A stretch of DNA of 62,723 nucleotides, filler included. It is 4 parts of 4 records of this genome, joined end to end, with 100 filler letters (N's around TTAATTAATTAA, not from the genome) between each part and the next. Parts side by side here need not be neighbours in the genome. Positions count along the whole stretch, not along the records: positions 1 to 23,855 come from SRR22947727_3838; 3 more parts are not named here. The stretch is one strand, 5' to 3'. The position numbers and the translations under genes were made by a program. Shown here piece after piece: positions 10,359-20,250 of the stretch. The stretch's first letter is position 1. Every line of letters begins with the position of its first letter. Under the pieces are notes generated by a model. It was given only the letters and a program-made list of their open reading frames with translations. It was not told where the DNA came from and made no database searches.

Positions 10359-11309
10359 TTAAAATTCTATTGCCCCACTAAAAGTACTTACTGTTTCAGC
10401 CGGGACCATACCGACTGACATAATTTGGTAACCATCTTGATACCTGGCGCTAATATTGGTAGAGCCTATTGTTACAACCCCCTCTTTGGGCTCGGTTCCT
10501 CGAGCTATGGGCCTGATAAACAATGATACATAGGCAAGCCCGTCAGAAAAAATTAGTTGATAATCAAGAATATTTAACCCGTTCACTCTTCTTGATATTA
10601 GATCGACCTCTTTAAAACCAGATGGAAGTTTTTTTAAGTTCCAAAATTTATTTGATACATAATTTTCAACAAATTTGTTTTTATTTTGATTTTCATAAAG
10701 TTTAGATAAATCAATGTTTTTTTGAAAGATATCTTTGTTGAATACCTTGTTAAATCCAATTGTAGTGAAGGATGACTGCTCAATTGTTTGGTTTTTATTA
10801 TTAGTCACTATAAGTTTAAGGGGTAAGAAGTTTTTTTCATCGATCCAAATATGATAATTAAACCTAAAATCATCTTTAGCAGTCAGCACAATTAGTTGTG
10901 CCATACGATCAGCAATTCTTTTCTTTTCACCAAAAAGTAAATGATAATTTGCTTTTAAATTATCAATGTCTGATGGGAGGATAGACGGAAAGAGAAATTG
11001 ATTTTTTCTTTTTTTAATTATCAGTCTATTTTGACTTTTAACATAAACCATTTCGCCATCTGAGAAAACTTCACTTGGTGCTCCATCTAACATTTTGAGC
11101 AAGCAATACTCTTTTTTATCTATGTTTGCATGGATAATATGGGTTGAATTAGATTCAGAAGATGTTTGACTATGAAAAATGCCTTCATAGTTTAATTTAT
11201 GGGAAGCTTTAGCCGAATTATCAAGTATTTTCCACGGGTCATCCATTGCCGAGGAAGCAAAAGATAAAACTAATAGAAGTAAGGTAAAAAGTTTTTTAAA
11301 TAATGTCAT
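10359..11309 (-). CDS. rseB: RseB/MucB periplasmic sigmaE regulator
   Basis: Signal peptide, LNYEGIF, RIADR, FSDGLA.VSLFI; position in the rpoE operon. Confidence 0.9.
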   Translation of the reverse strand: MTLFKKLFTLLLLVLSFASSAMDDPWKILDNSAKASHKLNYEGIFHSQTSSESNSTHIIHANIDKKEYCLLKMLDGAPSEVFSDGEMVYVKSQNRLIIKKRKNQFLFPSILPSDIDNLKANYHLLFGEKKRIADRMAQLIVLTAKDDFRFNYHIWIDEKNFLPLKLIVTNNKNQTIEQSSFTTIGFNKVFNKDIFQKNIDLSKLYENQNKNKFVENYVSNKFWNLKKLPSGFKEVDLISRRVNGLNILDYQLIFSDGLAYVSLFIRPIARGTEPKEGVVTIGSTNISARYQDGYQIMSVGMVPAETVSTFSGAIEF

Positions 11310-11768
11310 CTATTGAGCAGAGTCACCAACTTGAACGAAATGGTTCATGTTGTTAGCAGTGGCTGCATGATGAGCGCTAATTATTTCTTGTGGTATATCT
11401 TCTTTAGCCAATAATTGACTTTGTGAAGTGCTGTTCACCTCTATATTAAAAGCAGTCGAAGCAATAACCACTAAAACAGCAAGTGAGGCTAATACAGGCC
11501 ACATATCAAAAGAAATTGTTGCTGTGTTAGATGAATTAACTTTAGTTAACCCCCCCATTTGGGTAGGTTCTTTATCAATTGCTGACATGATTTTGTCAGT
11601 TAAATTATTTTTAGGTAAGACAGTATTTTTCTTCATTACGTCACTAATAATTTGATAATCAGACATAGAAGACCTGACTCCAGCCATTTTATTTTTTTTC
11701 GAAAGTAAAGTGTCTACTTCCGTATTGTTTATTTCACTGTCAAAAAGTGATGATATTTTTTCATTCAT
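11310..11768 (-). CDS. rseA: anti-sigma factor RseA/MucA
   Basis: EKISSLFDSE N-terminus, Y..ISDVM, single TM helix; directly after rpoE. Confidence 0.85.
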   Translation of the reverse strand: MNEKISSLFDSEINNTEVDTLLSKKNKMAGVRSSMSDYQIISDVMKKNTVLPKNNLTDKIMSAIDKEPTQMGGLTKVNSSNTATISFDMWPVLASLAVLVVIASTAFNIEVNSTSQSQLLAKEDIPQEIISAHHAATANNMNHFVQVGDSAQ

Positions 11769-11789
11769 TTTCTAAATTCTTTCCTTAGT

Positions 11790-12479
11790 TTACCAACGTT
11801 TATTTGATGTTTCGATTAATGGTTTGAGTTTTTCAGCGATCGTTTCACGAGCTCTGAAAATCCTTGAACGAACCGTTCCAATTGGACAGTCCATTAACTC
11901 AGAGATTTCTTCATAGCACAAACCATCGATTTCTCTTAATGATATTGCCTCTCTTAATTCATCAGGAAGGTTCTGAATTGCACCATTCACTGTCTCAGCT
12001 ATCTGATTAGACATCATGGTAGATTCAGGTGTCTCTGAAACTCTAAGTTCTGACATCGATTCATAGTTTTCCATCTCTTCAATTTCATTAGAATCCATCG
12101 CTTTAGGTCTTTTACCCAGTGAAACTAAATGATTTTTTGCGGTGTTAATTCCGATTCTATAGAGCCATGTGTAAAAAGCACTATCGCCTCGAAAATTACC
12201 GATTGCTCTGTAAGCTTTGATAAATGAATCCTGAACAATATCCTCTATCTCAGATTGGTCACGGACCATTCTTGATATTAAGCGATATAATTTAAGCTGG
12301 TATTTTTCTACCAATATACTAAAAGCTTGTTTATCCCCTTTTTGAGCTTTCTCGACCAATTTTTGATCAAGTGCTCTGTCCGGATTTACAGGTTTGATTT
12401 CCATCTTCGAATTATCTAGTTTATTATTCGAGCTATTGTACACTGTAGAATTAGTAGAAACGACTTTTAGTGGTTGCAT
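11790..12479 (-). CDS. rpoE: ECF sigma factor RpoE (start uncertain: 12479 or 12404)
   Basis: DQKLVEKAQKGD, FRGDSAFYTWLYRI, CPIGTVRSRIFRARE. Confidence 0.96.
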   Translation of the reverse strand: MQPLKVVSTNSTVYNSSNNKLDNSKMEIKPVNPDRALDQKLVEKAQKGDKQAFSILVEKYQLKLYRLISRMVRDQSEIEDIVQDSFIKAYRAIGNFRGDSAFYTWLYRIGINTAKNHLVSLGKRPKAMDSNEIEEMENYESMSELRVSETPESTMMSNQIAETVNGAIQNLPDELREAISLREIDGLCYEEISELMDCPIGTVRSRIFRARETIAEKLKPLIETSNKRW

Positions 12480-12512
12480 ATTCCTCTGCTTTCTTTTTAT
12501 AAGAGACATTAA

Positions 12513-12540
12513 AATGACTATCGCAATTATTAAAAGTTCC
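12513..12540 (-). promoter_or_regulatory. sigmaE-dependent (autoregulatory) promoter of rpoE
   Basis: Minus strand GGAACTT (12540-12534), 16 nt, TCATT, resembling the sigmaE consensus GAACTT-N16-TCAAA. Confidence 0.7.
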
Positions 12541-12557
12541 TAAATAATTAATAAAAA

Positions 12558-14156
12558 ATGAAGAAAAATAATTTTGATGTATTAATCATTGGAAGTGGTC
12601 TAGCAGGGCTTGCCACCGCTTTAAAGCTAGCTGATGACAAAAGTATTGGGATTGTCTGCAAAACGCAACTGACTGAAAGTTCTAGCCACTGGGCTCAAGG
12701 GGGTGTAGCTGCCGCTATCTCCTCCGAAGATCCTATTTCATCACATATTAAGGACACTAAGAATGCTGGTGCTGGACTGTGTGATGAAGCCATCACGGAG
12801 TTCGTTGCTAATAAAAGTGAAAGAGCTCTCGACTGGCTGATGAACCTAGGCGTTAATTTTACAAAAAATAAACAAGGTAACGATTTACACCTTACCCGTG
12901 AGGGAGGGCATTCTCAGATGAGAGTTGCGCATGTTGCCGACACCACAGGCAAAGCAATTCAAGAACACTTAATTCAGAAAATTTTATCTCATCCTAATAT
13001 CTCAGTCCTAGAACATCATATTGCTGTAGACATAATCACATCAGAAAAAATGAAAATTGATATGGAGAAAAATACTTGCCTTGGGGCTTATATTTTAAAT
13101 AATAAAAATAATCATGTTGAAACATTTACCTCAAATAATATTGTTCTTGCGACTGGGGGTGCAAGCAAAGTTTATCTCTACACCACCAACCCAGATGTTA
13201 GTACAGGTGATGGTATAGCTATGGGTTGGCGTGCAGGTTGCAAAGTGGCAAATATGGAATTTGTTCAATTTCATCCGACCTGCTTATTTGATGAAAAGGA
13301 TAGATCCTTTCTCATCTCTGAAACCTTAAGGGGTGAAGGGGCAAAGCTAGTCCTGCCAAGTGGTGAAACATTCATGGAAAAATATGATGACAGGGGTGAT
13401 TTAGCACCCCGCGATATTGTAGCCCAAGCGATTGATTATGAAATGAAACAAAAGGGCTTAATGTGTGTGTATTTAGATATTAGTGAAAAATCATCGGACT
13501 TTATTCGAAAAAGGTTTCCGATGATTTATAAACGTTGTTTGGATAGAGGCATTGATATAACAAAAGAACCCATCCCAGTGGTTCCAGCAGCTCATTATAC
13601 TTGTGGTGGAATAATGACAGACCGAGAAGGAAAAACAAATATCAATCAACTTTATGCAATTGGAGAAGTAGCCTGTACCGGTCTACACGGTGCAAATCGC
13701 CTTGCAAGTAATTCTTTATTAGAGTGTTTAGTATTTTCCTCAACTGCAGCAGCATCTATTTTAAGCAATGATTTTACTCATGAGTACCAACTCCCTAAAT
13801 GGGATGAAAGTCGGGTAACAGACGCGGATGAGGAAGTTTTGATTACACATACATGGAATGAATTAAGAAGGTTTATGTGGAATTATGTCGGTATTGTTAG
13901 AACTAACAAACGATTATCCAGAGCGCTTCATCGTATCAATATGTTAAGGGATGAGGTGGGTGAATTTTATAAAAATTTTAAGATTTCCTCTAACCTCATT
14001 GAGTTAAGAAATTTATTGCAAGTAGCTGAATTGATTGTCCTTTCATCTATAGAAAGGAAAGAAAGTCGGGGCTTGCACTATAGTAAAGATTTTCCAAAAC
14101 CTGCTAAAATTGCAAAAAACACTATTCTAAAACCGGAAGATTACAAAAACTCATAG
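12558..14156 (+). CDS. nadB: L-aspartate oxidase
   Basis: GSGLAG, AQGG, REGGHS, QFHPT, HGANRLASNSL; divergent from rpoE. Confidence 0.97.
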   Translation: MKKNNFDVLIIGSGLAGLATALKLADDKSIGIVCKTQLTESSSHWAQGGVAAAISSEDPISSHIKDTKNAGAGLCDEAITEFVANKSERALDWLMNLGVNFTKNKQGNDLHLTREGGHSQMRVAHVADTTGKAIQEHLIQKILSHPNISVLEHHIAVDIITSEKMKIDMEKNTCLGAYILNNKNNHVETFTSNNIVLATGGASKVYLYTTNPDVSTGDGIAMGWRAGCKVANMEFVQFHPTCLFDEKDRSFLISETLRGEGAKLVLPSGETFMEKYDDRGDLAPRDIVAQAIDYEMKQKGLMCVYLDISEKSSDFIRKRFPMIYKRCLDRGIDITKEPIPVVPAAHYTCGGIMTDREGKTNINQLYAIGEVACTGLHGANRLASNSLLECLVFSSTAAASILSNDFTHEYQLPKWDESRVTDADEEVLITHTWNELRRFMWNYVGIVRTNKRLSRALHRINMLRDEVGEFYKNFKISSNLIELRNLLQVAELIVLSSIERKESRGLHYSKDFPKPAKIAKNTILKPEDYKNS

Positions 14157-14226
14157 GACTTATCTTAATATCCCAAAAACTTAATTTAAGAACTTTTTGT
14201 TAGTTTAAATATGAAAGGTACAAAAA

Positions 14227-14706
14227 ATGAAAATTTCCATGAATACAGTTGTTACGATGAGCTACGAAATTCGTGATGCTGAAAACAATATACTTGAATC
14301 AAGCAAGGAACCCATCACCTATCTTCATGGTGGATACGACCAGATCTTTCCAAAAGTAGAAGAAGCAATTCATAATAAAAGTAAAGGAGATAAAATTGAA
14401 ATTGCACTCGAACCTGCTGAAGCATTTGGTGAGTATGATCCAAGTTTAGTTCAATTAGAACCAACGAGTGCATTCCCCGAGTCCCAACTTAAAGAAGGCA
14501 TGGCTTTTGAGGGCGAGGATGAAAAGGGAGAAGTGATTATCTACTACGTTAAAAATATTGCTGATGGCAAGGTTGAGGTAGATGGAAACCACCCATGGGC
14601 GGGTCAAAAAATTAGCTTTCTTGCAACAATTGAGGGTGTGAGATCTGCCAAAGACGAGGAGATTTCCCACAAACATGTTCATGGGCCTGGTGGGCATCAA
14701 CATTAA
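14227..14706 (+). CDS. slyD: FKBP-type peptidyl-prolyl isomerase SlyD (short His tail)
   Basis: YLHGGY, EAFGEYD, VDGNHPWAG, C-terminal HKHVHGPGGHQH. Confidence 0.92.
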   Translation: MKISMNTVVTMSYEIRDAENNILESSKEPITYLHGGYDQIFPKVEEAIHNKSKGDKIEIALEPAEAFGEYDPSLVQLEPTSAFPESQLKEGMAFEGEDEKGEVIIYYVKNIADGKVEVDGNHPWAGQKISFLATIEGVRSAKDEEISHKHVHGPGGHQH

Positions 14707-14771
14707 AAATATTTTTTTAAAATTTTGAAATAAAAAAAGAATAAGATCAGTCAAAATTTTAGTAGAATTGG

Positions 14772-16175
14772 TTGATGAACGAAAAAGAAAAAAACACACT
14801 TGGTTGGCAAGAATGGGTCGCCTTGCCCAAAATTGGATTATCAGCATTATTAGCTAAAACCGATACAGGTGCAGCTACATCAGCACTCCATGCGTTCAAT
14901 ATCCAGCCCTTCGGATCAGAGTCAAATCCAAAAGTGAGGTTCGGCATTAATCCAATTGATGAAAATAAAAGTTACGCAATTTACTGTTCAGCAAATGTTA
15001 CTGATATGAGGGAGGTTACATCTTCAAATGGAATCTCTGAAATAAGATATGTAATAAAAACATTTTTAAAGATTGGTGATGAAGAACCAAAAGAAATAGA
15101 GGTAACATTAACCAATCGAGAAAATATGAAGTATCGAATGATTCTTGGAAGAAGTGCGCTTGAAGGTTTTAATATTAACGCTCAAGAAAGCTTTATACAA
15201 AAAAAATTATCTTATGATTTGTATAAAAACTTCAAAAAACAAAGCGCTACAAAAAGAAGTTTAAGAATTGCTATTCTAAGCGTAGAGCCTAAAAATCATT
15301 CAAATCAAAAAATCATTGAATCTGCAGAAAAGCACGATCATGTCTGTGAAATTATAAATACCAAAAGATGTTATTTAAATTTAAAAAGTCATAAACCTGA
15401 AGTACATTACAACGGAAAAGAACTTCCATTTTTTGATGCAATTATTCCAAGAATAGGAAGCTCACTTACCTTCTATGGAACTGCTGTTGTTAGACAATTT
15501 GAGGCGATGGGCACGTTTTGTCTTAATTCTTCTGGAGCAATTGGCCTATCTCGAGATAAATTGGCAGCTCATCAAACACTAATTAAACACGCGATCCCAA
15601 TGCCATCAACAGCTTTCGCTAACTCGCCACATGATACTGAAAATTTGATAAGTTTAGTAGATGGTGTTCCTTTAATTTTAAAACTATTGGAAAGTACGCA
15701 GGGCAAAGGGGTTTTACTAGCAGAATCAAAAAAGGCTGCGTCAGGAATAATCAGTGCATTTCAGAGGCTGCAAGCCCCCTTCATTCTTCAAGAGTTTGAG
15801 GCTGAATCGGGTGGCAGTGATCTTAGATGCCTTGTCATTGGAAATAAAGTTGTAGCTGGGATGATTAGAAGTGCAGGTGAAGGTGATTTTAGATCTAACT
15901 TACATGCCGGTGGAGTAGCTAGCAAAGCGAATGTAACAAAAGAAGAAAAATTGATTTCTATTAAAGCAACCAAAGCTTTAGGATTAGAAATGGCAGGGGT
16001 TGATATTCTGAGAACACCAGATGGACCAAAAGTAATTGAAGTCAATAGCTCACCTGGTCTCCAAGGTATAGGGTCCGTGAGTAAGTTAAATTTAGGTGAG
16101 GTAATCATTAGTCACATAGAAAAAAAAGTTGTGACTTCAACAAGGCCAAAAGCTTTTAATAAAAGCTTAAGTTAA
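14772..16175 (+). CDS. rimK: fusion of an N-terminal RimB-like retropepsin domain and a C-terminal RimK ATP-grasp glutamate ligase
   Basis: N-terminal GWQEW, KTDTGAATSALHA, SSNG..E.RY, RMILGR; C-terminal IPRIG, SRDKL, STQGKGV, FRSNLH.GG, EVNSSPG. Confidence 0.9.
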   Translation: MMNEKEKNTLGWQEWVALPKIGLSALLAKTDTGAATSALHAFNIQPFGSESNPKVRFGINPIDENKSYAIYCSANVTDMREVTSSNGISEIRYVIKTFLKIGDEEPKEIEVTLTNRENMKYRMILGRSALEGFNINAQESFIQKKLSYDLYKNFKKQSATKRSLRIAILSVEPKNHSNQKIIESAEKHDHVCEIINTKRCYLNLKSHKPEVHYNGKELPFFDAIIPRIGSSLTFYGTAVVRQFEAMGTFCLNSSGAIGLSRDKLAAHQTLIKHAIPMPSTAFANSPHDTENLISLVDGVPLILKLLESTQGKGVLLAESKKAASGIISAFQRLQAPFILQEFEAESGGSDLRCLVIGNKVVAGMIRSAGEGDFRSNLHAGGVASKANVTKEEKLISIKATKALGLEMAGVDILRTPDGPKVIEVNSSPGLQGIGSVSKLNLGEVIISHIEKKVVTSTRPKAFNKSLS

Positions 16176-16179
16176 TTTT

Positions 16180-16986
16180 TTACAAAGTTTTAATTCTTAG
16201 TTCCTCTGGAATATGTTGCTGGATTATTTTAATTAATGGTTCATAAATTTTTGGGTTCGTTGCCACAATATTACCCGTCAACAACCAATTATTTTTTTCA
16301 TCAAAGTCACTCACAATACCCCCTGCTTCGGATACAATCAGACCTCCTGCAGCCACATCCCATGTTGATAAATCAATTTCCCAAAATCCATCAAACCATC
16401 CCGCAGCAACATAAGCTAAATCAAGCGCAGCGGATCCCGGACGCCTAATACCGGCCGTTTTTCTGACAAGTTCCTCAAGGATGACAAGATATTGGGGTAA
16501 ATAGGTAAAGTCTCTAAAAGGTATACCCGTTCCAATAATAGAATCTTGGAGTTTTGGGGTCTTAGACACCCTTATCCGTCTATCGTTTAAGTAGGCACCC
16601 TGCCCCTTTGAGGCGGTAAAAAGATGATTCCTATTAGGATCATAAACAACCGCATGGGTAATTTCTTCCTTTTGCTTCAGCGCAATAGAAACACAATATT
16701 GGGGTATATTGTGTAAGAAATTCGTTGTGCCATCAAGTGGATCTATGATCCACATATTCTCTTTTTTTTCTGATAAACCACTTTCTTCGGCAATAAAACC
16801 ATGGTCAGGATAAGCTTGTGACAGTACCCGAATGATTTCTTTCTCAGATGCTAAATCTACCTCACTCACAAAGTCATTCATATTTTTGCTGGTGATCGTT
16901 AACGAACTAATATCCTCTGAAGCACGAGTGATAATAGAACCAGCTCTTCTGGCAGCTTTAATTGCGGTGTTGAGTAACGGGTGCAT
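16180..16986 (-). CDS. suhB: inositol monophosphatase family protein SuhB
   Basis: MHPLLNTAIKAAR, WIIDPLDGTTNF, GSAALDLAYVAAG, WDVAAG. Confidence 0.96.
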   Translation of the reverse strand: MHPLLNTAIKAARRAGSIITRASEDISSLTITSKNMNDFVSEVDLASEKEIIRVLSQAYPDHGFIAEESGLSEKKENMWIIDPLDGTTNFLHNIPQYCVSIALKQKEEITHAVVYDPNRNHLFTASKGQGAYLNDRRIRVSKTPKLQDSIIGTGIPFRDFTYLPQYLVILEELVRKTAGIRRPGSAALDLAYVAAGWFDGFWEIDLSTWDVAAGGLIVSEAGGIVSDFDEKNNWLLTGNIVATNPKIYEPLIKIIQQHIPEELRIKTL

Positions 16987-17053
16987 AAGGACCTTTATAA
17001 TTAAATGGTAAAATTGCAGTTATAACTTCGCAATTATTTTACAGAGAAATTTG

Positions 17054-17797
17054 ATGTCAACCAAAATAAATTATGATCAATTTGAAATTGTGCTGTGCCG
17101 AACCAGCCACCCTGGAAATATTGGCTCAACGGCAAGAGCAATTAAAACTATGGGTTTTTCTAAGCTAACACTTGTTAATCCGAAGCAATTTCCCCACAGC
17201 GAGGCTAATGCACTAGCAGCCGGAGCAGAGGATGTACTGAACAATGCAAAAGTTGTAAAAACCATTGAAGAAGCACTCATAGATAGCCATTTGATTATTG
17301 GATTTACCGCAAGGCAAAGAGAGCTCTCACAGGAACATCAAAATATTAGAAAGATTGCAAAAGATCTTAAAAATGAACCTCCCCAAAAAAAAATAGCACT
17401 TCTTTTTGGAAATGAAACCAATGGCCTATCAAATGATGAGATAAAGCATTGTCATAAGCTCGGTTATATAAACTCTAATGAGAATTACTCATCACTTAAT
17501 CTTGCTCAGGCTGTACAAATTATCTGTTATGAAATTCGTATGCATATAAGTGAAGGTGATGGAATAATTAAACCAATTAAGGAAAATGAATTAGTATCGC
17601 ATGAAATTCAAAATGGTTTCTATGTTCATCTAGAACAATTACTCACTGAAATAGGTTTTTTAAAAAAAATACAAGGTGAAAGATTGATGCAGAGACTTCG
17701 ATTACTATTTAATCGAACCACCATGGAAAAAGATGAGGTAAATATATTGAGAGGCATACTGACCGATATACAAAAAAAAATTAAAGATAAAACATAA
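17054..17797 (+). CDS. trmJ: tRNA (C32/U32-2'-O)-methyltransferase
   Basis: SPOUT motifs HPGNIGS.ARA, FGNE..GL, SSLNLAQAVQ, EVNILRGIL; suhB/cysE synteny. Confidence 0.93.
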   Translation: MSTKINYDQFEIVLCRTSHPGNIGSTARAIKTMGFSKLTLVNPKQFPHSEANALAAGAEDVLNNAKVVKTIEEALIDSHLIIGFTARQRELSQEHQNIRKIAKDLKNEPPQKKIALLFGNETNGLSNDEIKHCHKLGYINSNENYSSLNLAQAVQIICYEIRMHISEGDGIIKPIKENELVSHEIQNGFYVHLEQLLTEIGFLKKIQGERLMQRLRLLFNRTTMEKDEVNILRGILTDIQKKIKDKT

Positions 17798-17854
17798 AAT
17801 TTTGTGAGACAATAATTATTGTTAATTTTTAATTTTAGTCATAAATAATCAATT

Positions 17855-18535
17855 ATGTTTAAACGATTTAAAGAAGACCTTTCCATTGTTTTTGAGAGAG
17901 ATCCCGCAGCCAGATCCTATTTAGAAATTCTAACTACTTATCCTGGTGTGCATGCCATTTTAATTCATAGACTCTCGCATAAATTATGGTCAATTAAACT
18001 TTTTTGGTTAGGCAGGCTTTTATCTCATATTGGAAGATTTTTAACCGGAATTGAAATTCACCCTGGCGCACAAATTGGCAGAAGGTGTTTTATTGATCAT
18101 GGTATGGGAGTGGTGATTGGTGAAACATCAATTATTGGAGACGATTGTACGCTCTATCATGGGGTCACTTTAGGGGGGACATCCTGGAAGCAAGGCAAAA
18201 GACACCCAACACTAGAAAATAAAGTTGTCATTGGTGCGGGTGCAAAAGTTTTAGGTCCAATTACTATTAAAGCTGGTTCGAGAATAGGCTCAAATGCAGT
18301 CGTTGTTAATGATGTGGCAAAATCTGCGACAGTCGTAGGAATTCCAGCACGAGCAGTTAAAGATGATAAAAAAGCGACCAGCTTCAGGCCTTATGCTGTC
18401 GGTAAGGACGAAGATGATCCTATGATTAAATCCATTCAATCACTCATCAATAAGGTTGCAAAACAAGAAAGAGCTATTGAAGCATTAAGTGAAGAAAAAA
18501 ATAAGCCAAAAAAAACGCCATCTAAATCTAAGTAA
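17855..18535 (+). CDS. cysE: serine O-acetyltransferase
   Basis: [30 protein letters not shown]. Confidence 0.97.
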   Translation: MFKRFKEDLSIVFERDPAARSYLEILTTYPGVHAILIHRLSHKLWSIKLFWLGRLLSHIGRFLTGIEIHPGAQIGRRCFIDHGMGVVIGETSIIGDDCTLYHGVTLGGTSWKQGKRHPTLENKVVIGAGAKVLGPITIKAGSRIGSNAVVVNDVAKSATVVGIPARAVKDDKKATSFRPYAVGKDEDDPMIKSIQSLINKVAKQERAIEALSEEKNKPKKTPSKSK

Positions 18536-18545
18536 ATCATGAATT

Positions 18546-18578
18546 ATTCTTGATTAAATTAGTCAAGTATTATAAAAT
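18546..18578 (+). promoter_or_regulatory. IscR type-1 operator overlapping the iscR promoter
   Basis: ATTCTTGATTAAATTAGTCAAGTAT (18546-18570) resembles the IscR type-1 motif; it overlaps TTGATT (18550-18555), 17 nt, TAAAAT (18573-18578). Confidence 0.8.
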
Positions 18579-18607
18579 CTATCTTTAAATTACATTAAAT
18601 TTTTTTT

Positions 18608-19087
18608 ATGAAATTAACTACTAAAGGTCGTTTTGCAGTAACGGCAATGCTTGATTTAGCACTTAATGAGAAAGGTAAGCCGATTAAATTGTCAGAGATT
18701 AGTAAAAGGCAATCTATTTCATTGTCATACCTTGAACAACTCTTTGGTAGGTTGAGAAAACAAGGTTTAGTTAAAAGTGTCCGTGGCCCGGGTGGAGGTT
18801 ACTCTATCGCTAAAGATCATAATGCTATTAGTGTAAAACATATTATTTCATCAGTAGACGAGGAAATTGATGCGACCCAATGCGGGGGTAAAGAAAATTG
18901 TAATGAAGGACATCAATGCATTACGCATAATTTATGGGAAACTCTAAATTCTAAAATACTAAATTATTTAGATGCAACGACGCTTGATGAGTTAGTCAAA
19001 ACGCAAAATAATAAAAACAAGAAAAAGTCTATTGCACTTCCAAAAAGCAAAAATAGTACTGATATGAAAATAGCGGAGGCTTTTTAA
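18608..19087 (+). CDS. iscR: Fe-S cluster assembly regulator IscR
   Basis: MKLTTKGRFAVTAM, SYLEQLF, RGPGGGY; cluster ligands C..C..C..H retained (QCGGKENC...QCITH). Confidence 0.96.
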   Translation: MKLTTKGRFAVTAMLDLALNEKGKPIKLSEISKRQSISLSYLEQLFGRLRKQGLVKSVRGPGGGYSIAKDHNAISVKHIISSVDEEIDATQCGGKENCNEGHQCITHNLWETLNSKILNYLDATTLDELVKTQNNKNKKKSIALPKSKNSTDMKIAEAF

Positions 19088-19092
19088 TTCAA

Positions 19093-20232
19093 ATGATTTA
19101 TTTTGATAACAATGCAACTACTTCGCTTCATCCTGAAGTTTTAAAAGAGATGTTACCTTTTTTAACGACACAGCAAGGTAACCCAGCATCAAACCATACA
19201 TTTGGTAGAAAAGCACATACCGCGATAGAAGAAGCCAGAGAAAAAGTCGCAGATTCAGTCAATGCGCATCCATCACAGGTCATCTTCACCTCCAGTGGAA
19301 CGGAGTCAAACAATACAATTATTAATGGAATTGCAAAGGCATACAGTAATTCTCATTTTGGTTACAGCTCAATTGAACACCCTTGTGTTTCAGAACCTAT
19401 AAAATCGCTAGCTTATCAAGGATTCAAAACAACAGAAATTCCCGTGAACTCAGAGGGGATATTCAATGTGGCAGATATCAATGAGGAAACTAAAAAATCA
19501 TTAACATTTCTATCTGTGATGATGGCAAATAACGAAACTGGCGTTATTCAAAATATTGCAGAAATTGCAGACTGGGCAAAAAAGAATGATATACAGTTTC
19601 ATACTGACGCTGTTCAGGCATTAGGCAAGATTAAAGTTGATTTTGAGGGGCTTGATATTGATGCAATGACAATCTCAAGTCATAAAATTTATGGCCCTCA
19701 AGGCATTGCTGCACTGATTGTAAATAAGAAAATTGACCTTTTTCCTCACATGCAAGGAGGTGGGCAAGAACGCGGTTTGCGAAGTGGCACAGAAAATATT
19801 GCAGCCATAATCGGATTTGGAAAAGCTTGTGAACGTTCAAGTCAAAATATAGTCTATTTTAATGAAAAAGTTAAACACTTAAATGCAACCCTTGAAAAAG
19901 CTTTATTTGATTTAGGCGCAGTAATTTTTTGTAAAGAGAGTCATAGACTAAGTAATACAACATTCTTTTCTTTTAAGAATATTGATGGCTCAACTTTATT
20001 GACTGCGCTTGATAGAAAAGGGTTTGCTATTGCGAGTGGCTCGGCTTGTTCAAGCAAGAGTTCTGAACCTAGCCATGTGCTTTTGTCCATGGGTGTTGAT
20101 TTGGATTTGGCTCAAGGAGCGCTCAGAGTTAGCTTAGGTTTAGAAAGTACCGAGAATGAAATTAACGACTTCATAGAAACACTTAAAGATGAAGTCAATA
20201 GATTAAAACAATTAACTGCTGTGGCAGCTTAA
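19093..20232 (+). CDS. second cysteine desulfurase (NifS/IscS-like, lacks the IscS C-terminal tail)
   Basis: YFDNNATT, HTDAVQ, SSHKIYG (PLP Lys), GSACSS (catalytic Cys). Confidence 0.9.
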   Translation: MIYFDNNATTSLHPEVLKEMLPFLTTQQGNPASNHTFGRKAHTAIEEAREKVADSVNAHPSQVIFTSSGTESNNTIINGIAKAYSNSHFGYSSIEHPCVSEPIKSLAYQGFKTTEIPVNSEGIFNVADINEETKKSLTFLSVMMANNETGVIQNIAEIADWAKKNDIQFHTDAVQALGKIKVDFEGLDIDAMTISSHKIYGPQGIAALIVNKKIDLFPHMQGGGQERGLRSGTENIAAIIGFGKACERSSQNIVYFNEKVKHLNATLEKALFDLGAVIFCKESHRLSNTTFFSFKNIDGSTLLTALDRKGFAIASGSACSSKSSEPSHVLLSMGVDLDLAQGALRVSLGLESTENEINDFIETLKDEVNRLKQLTAVAA

Positions 20233-20250
20233 CAAATAGATAAGGATATT

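Noticed and set aside
14190..14216. sigmaE promoter before slyD (GAACTT)
   Set aside because: There is no TCA/TCT-type -10 element at the 16-nt spacing.
14455..14947. Antisense ORFs over slyD and rimK, and the other short shadow ORFs in the track (e.g. 15788-16108, 29744-30061, 51440-51790, 58944-59297)
   Set aside because: They overlap well-supported genes on the opposite strand or frame and have no recognisable motifs.
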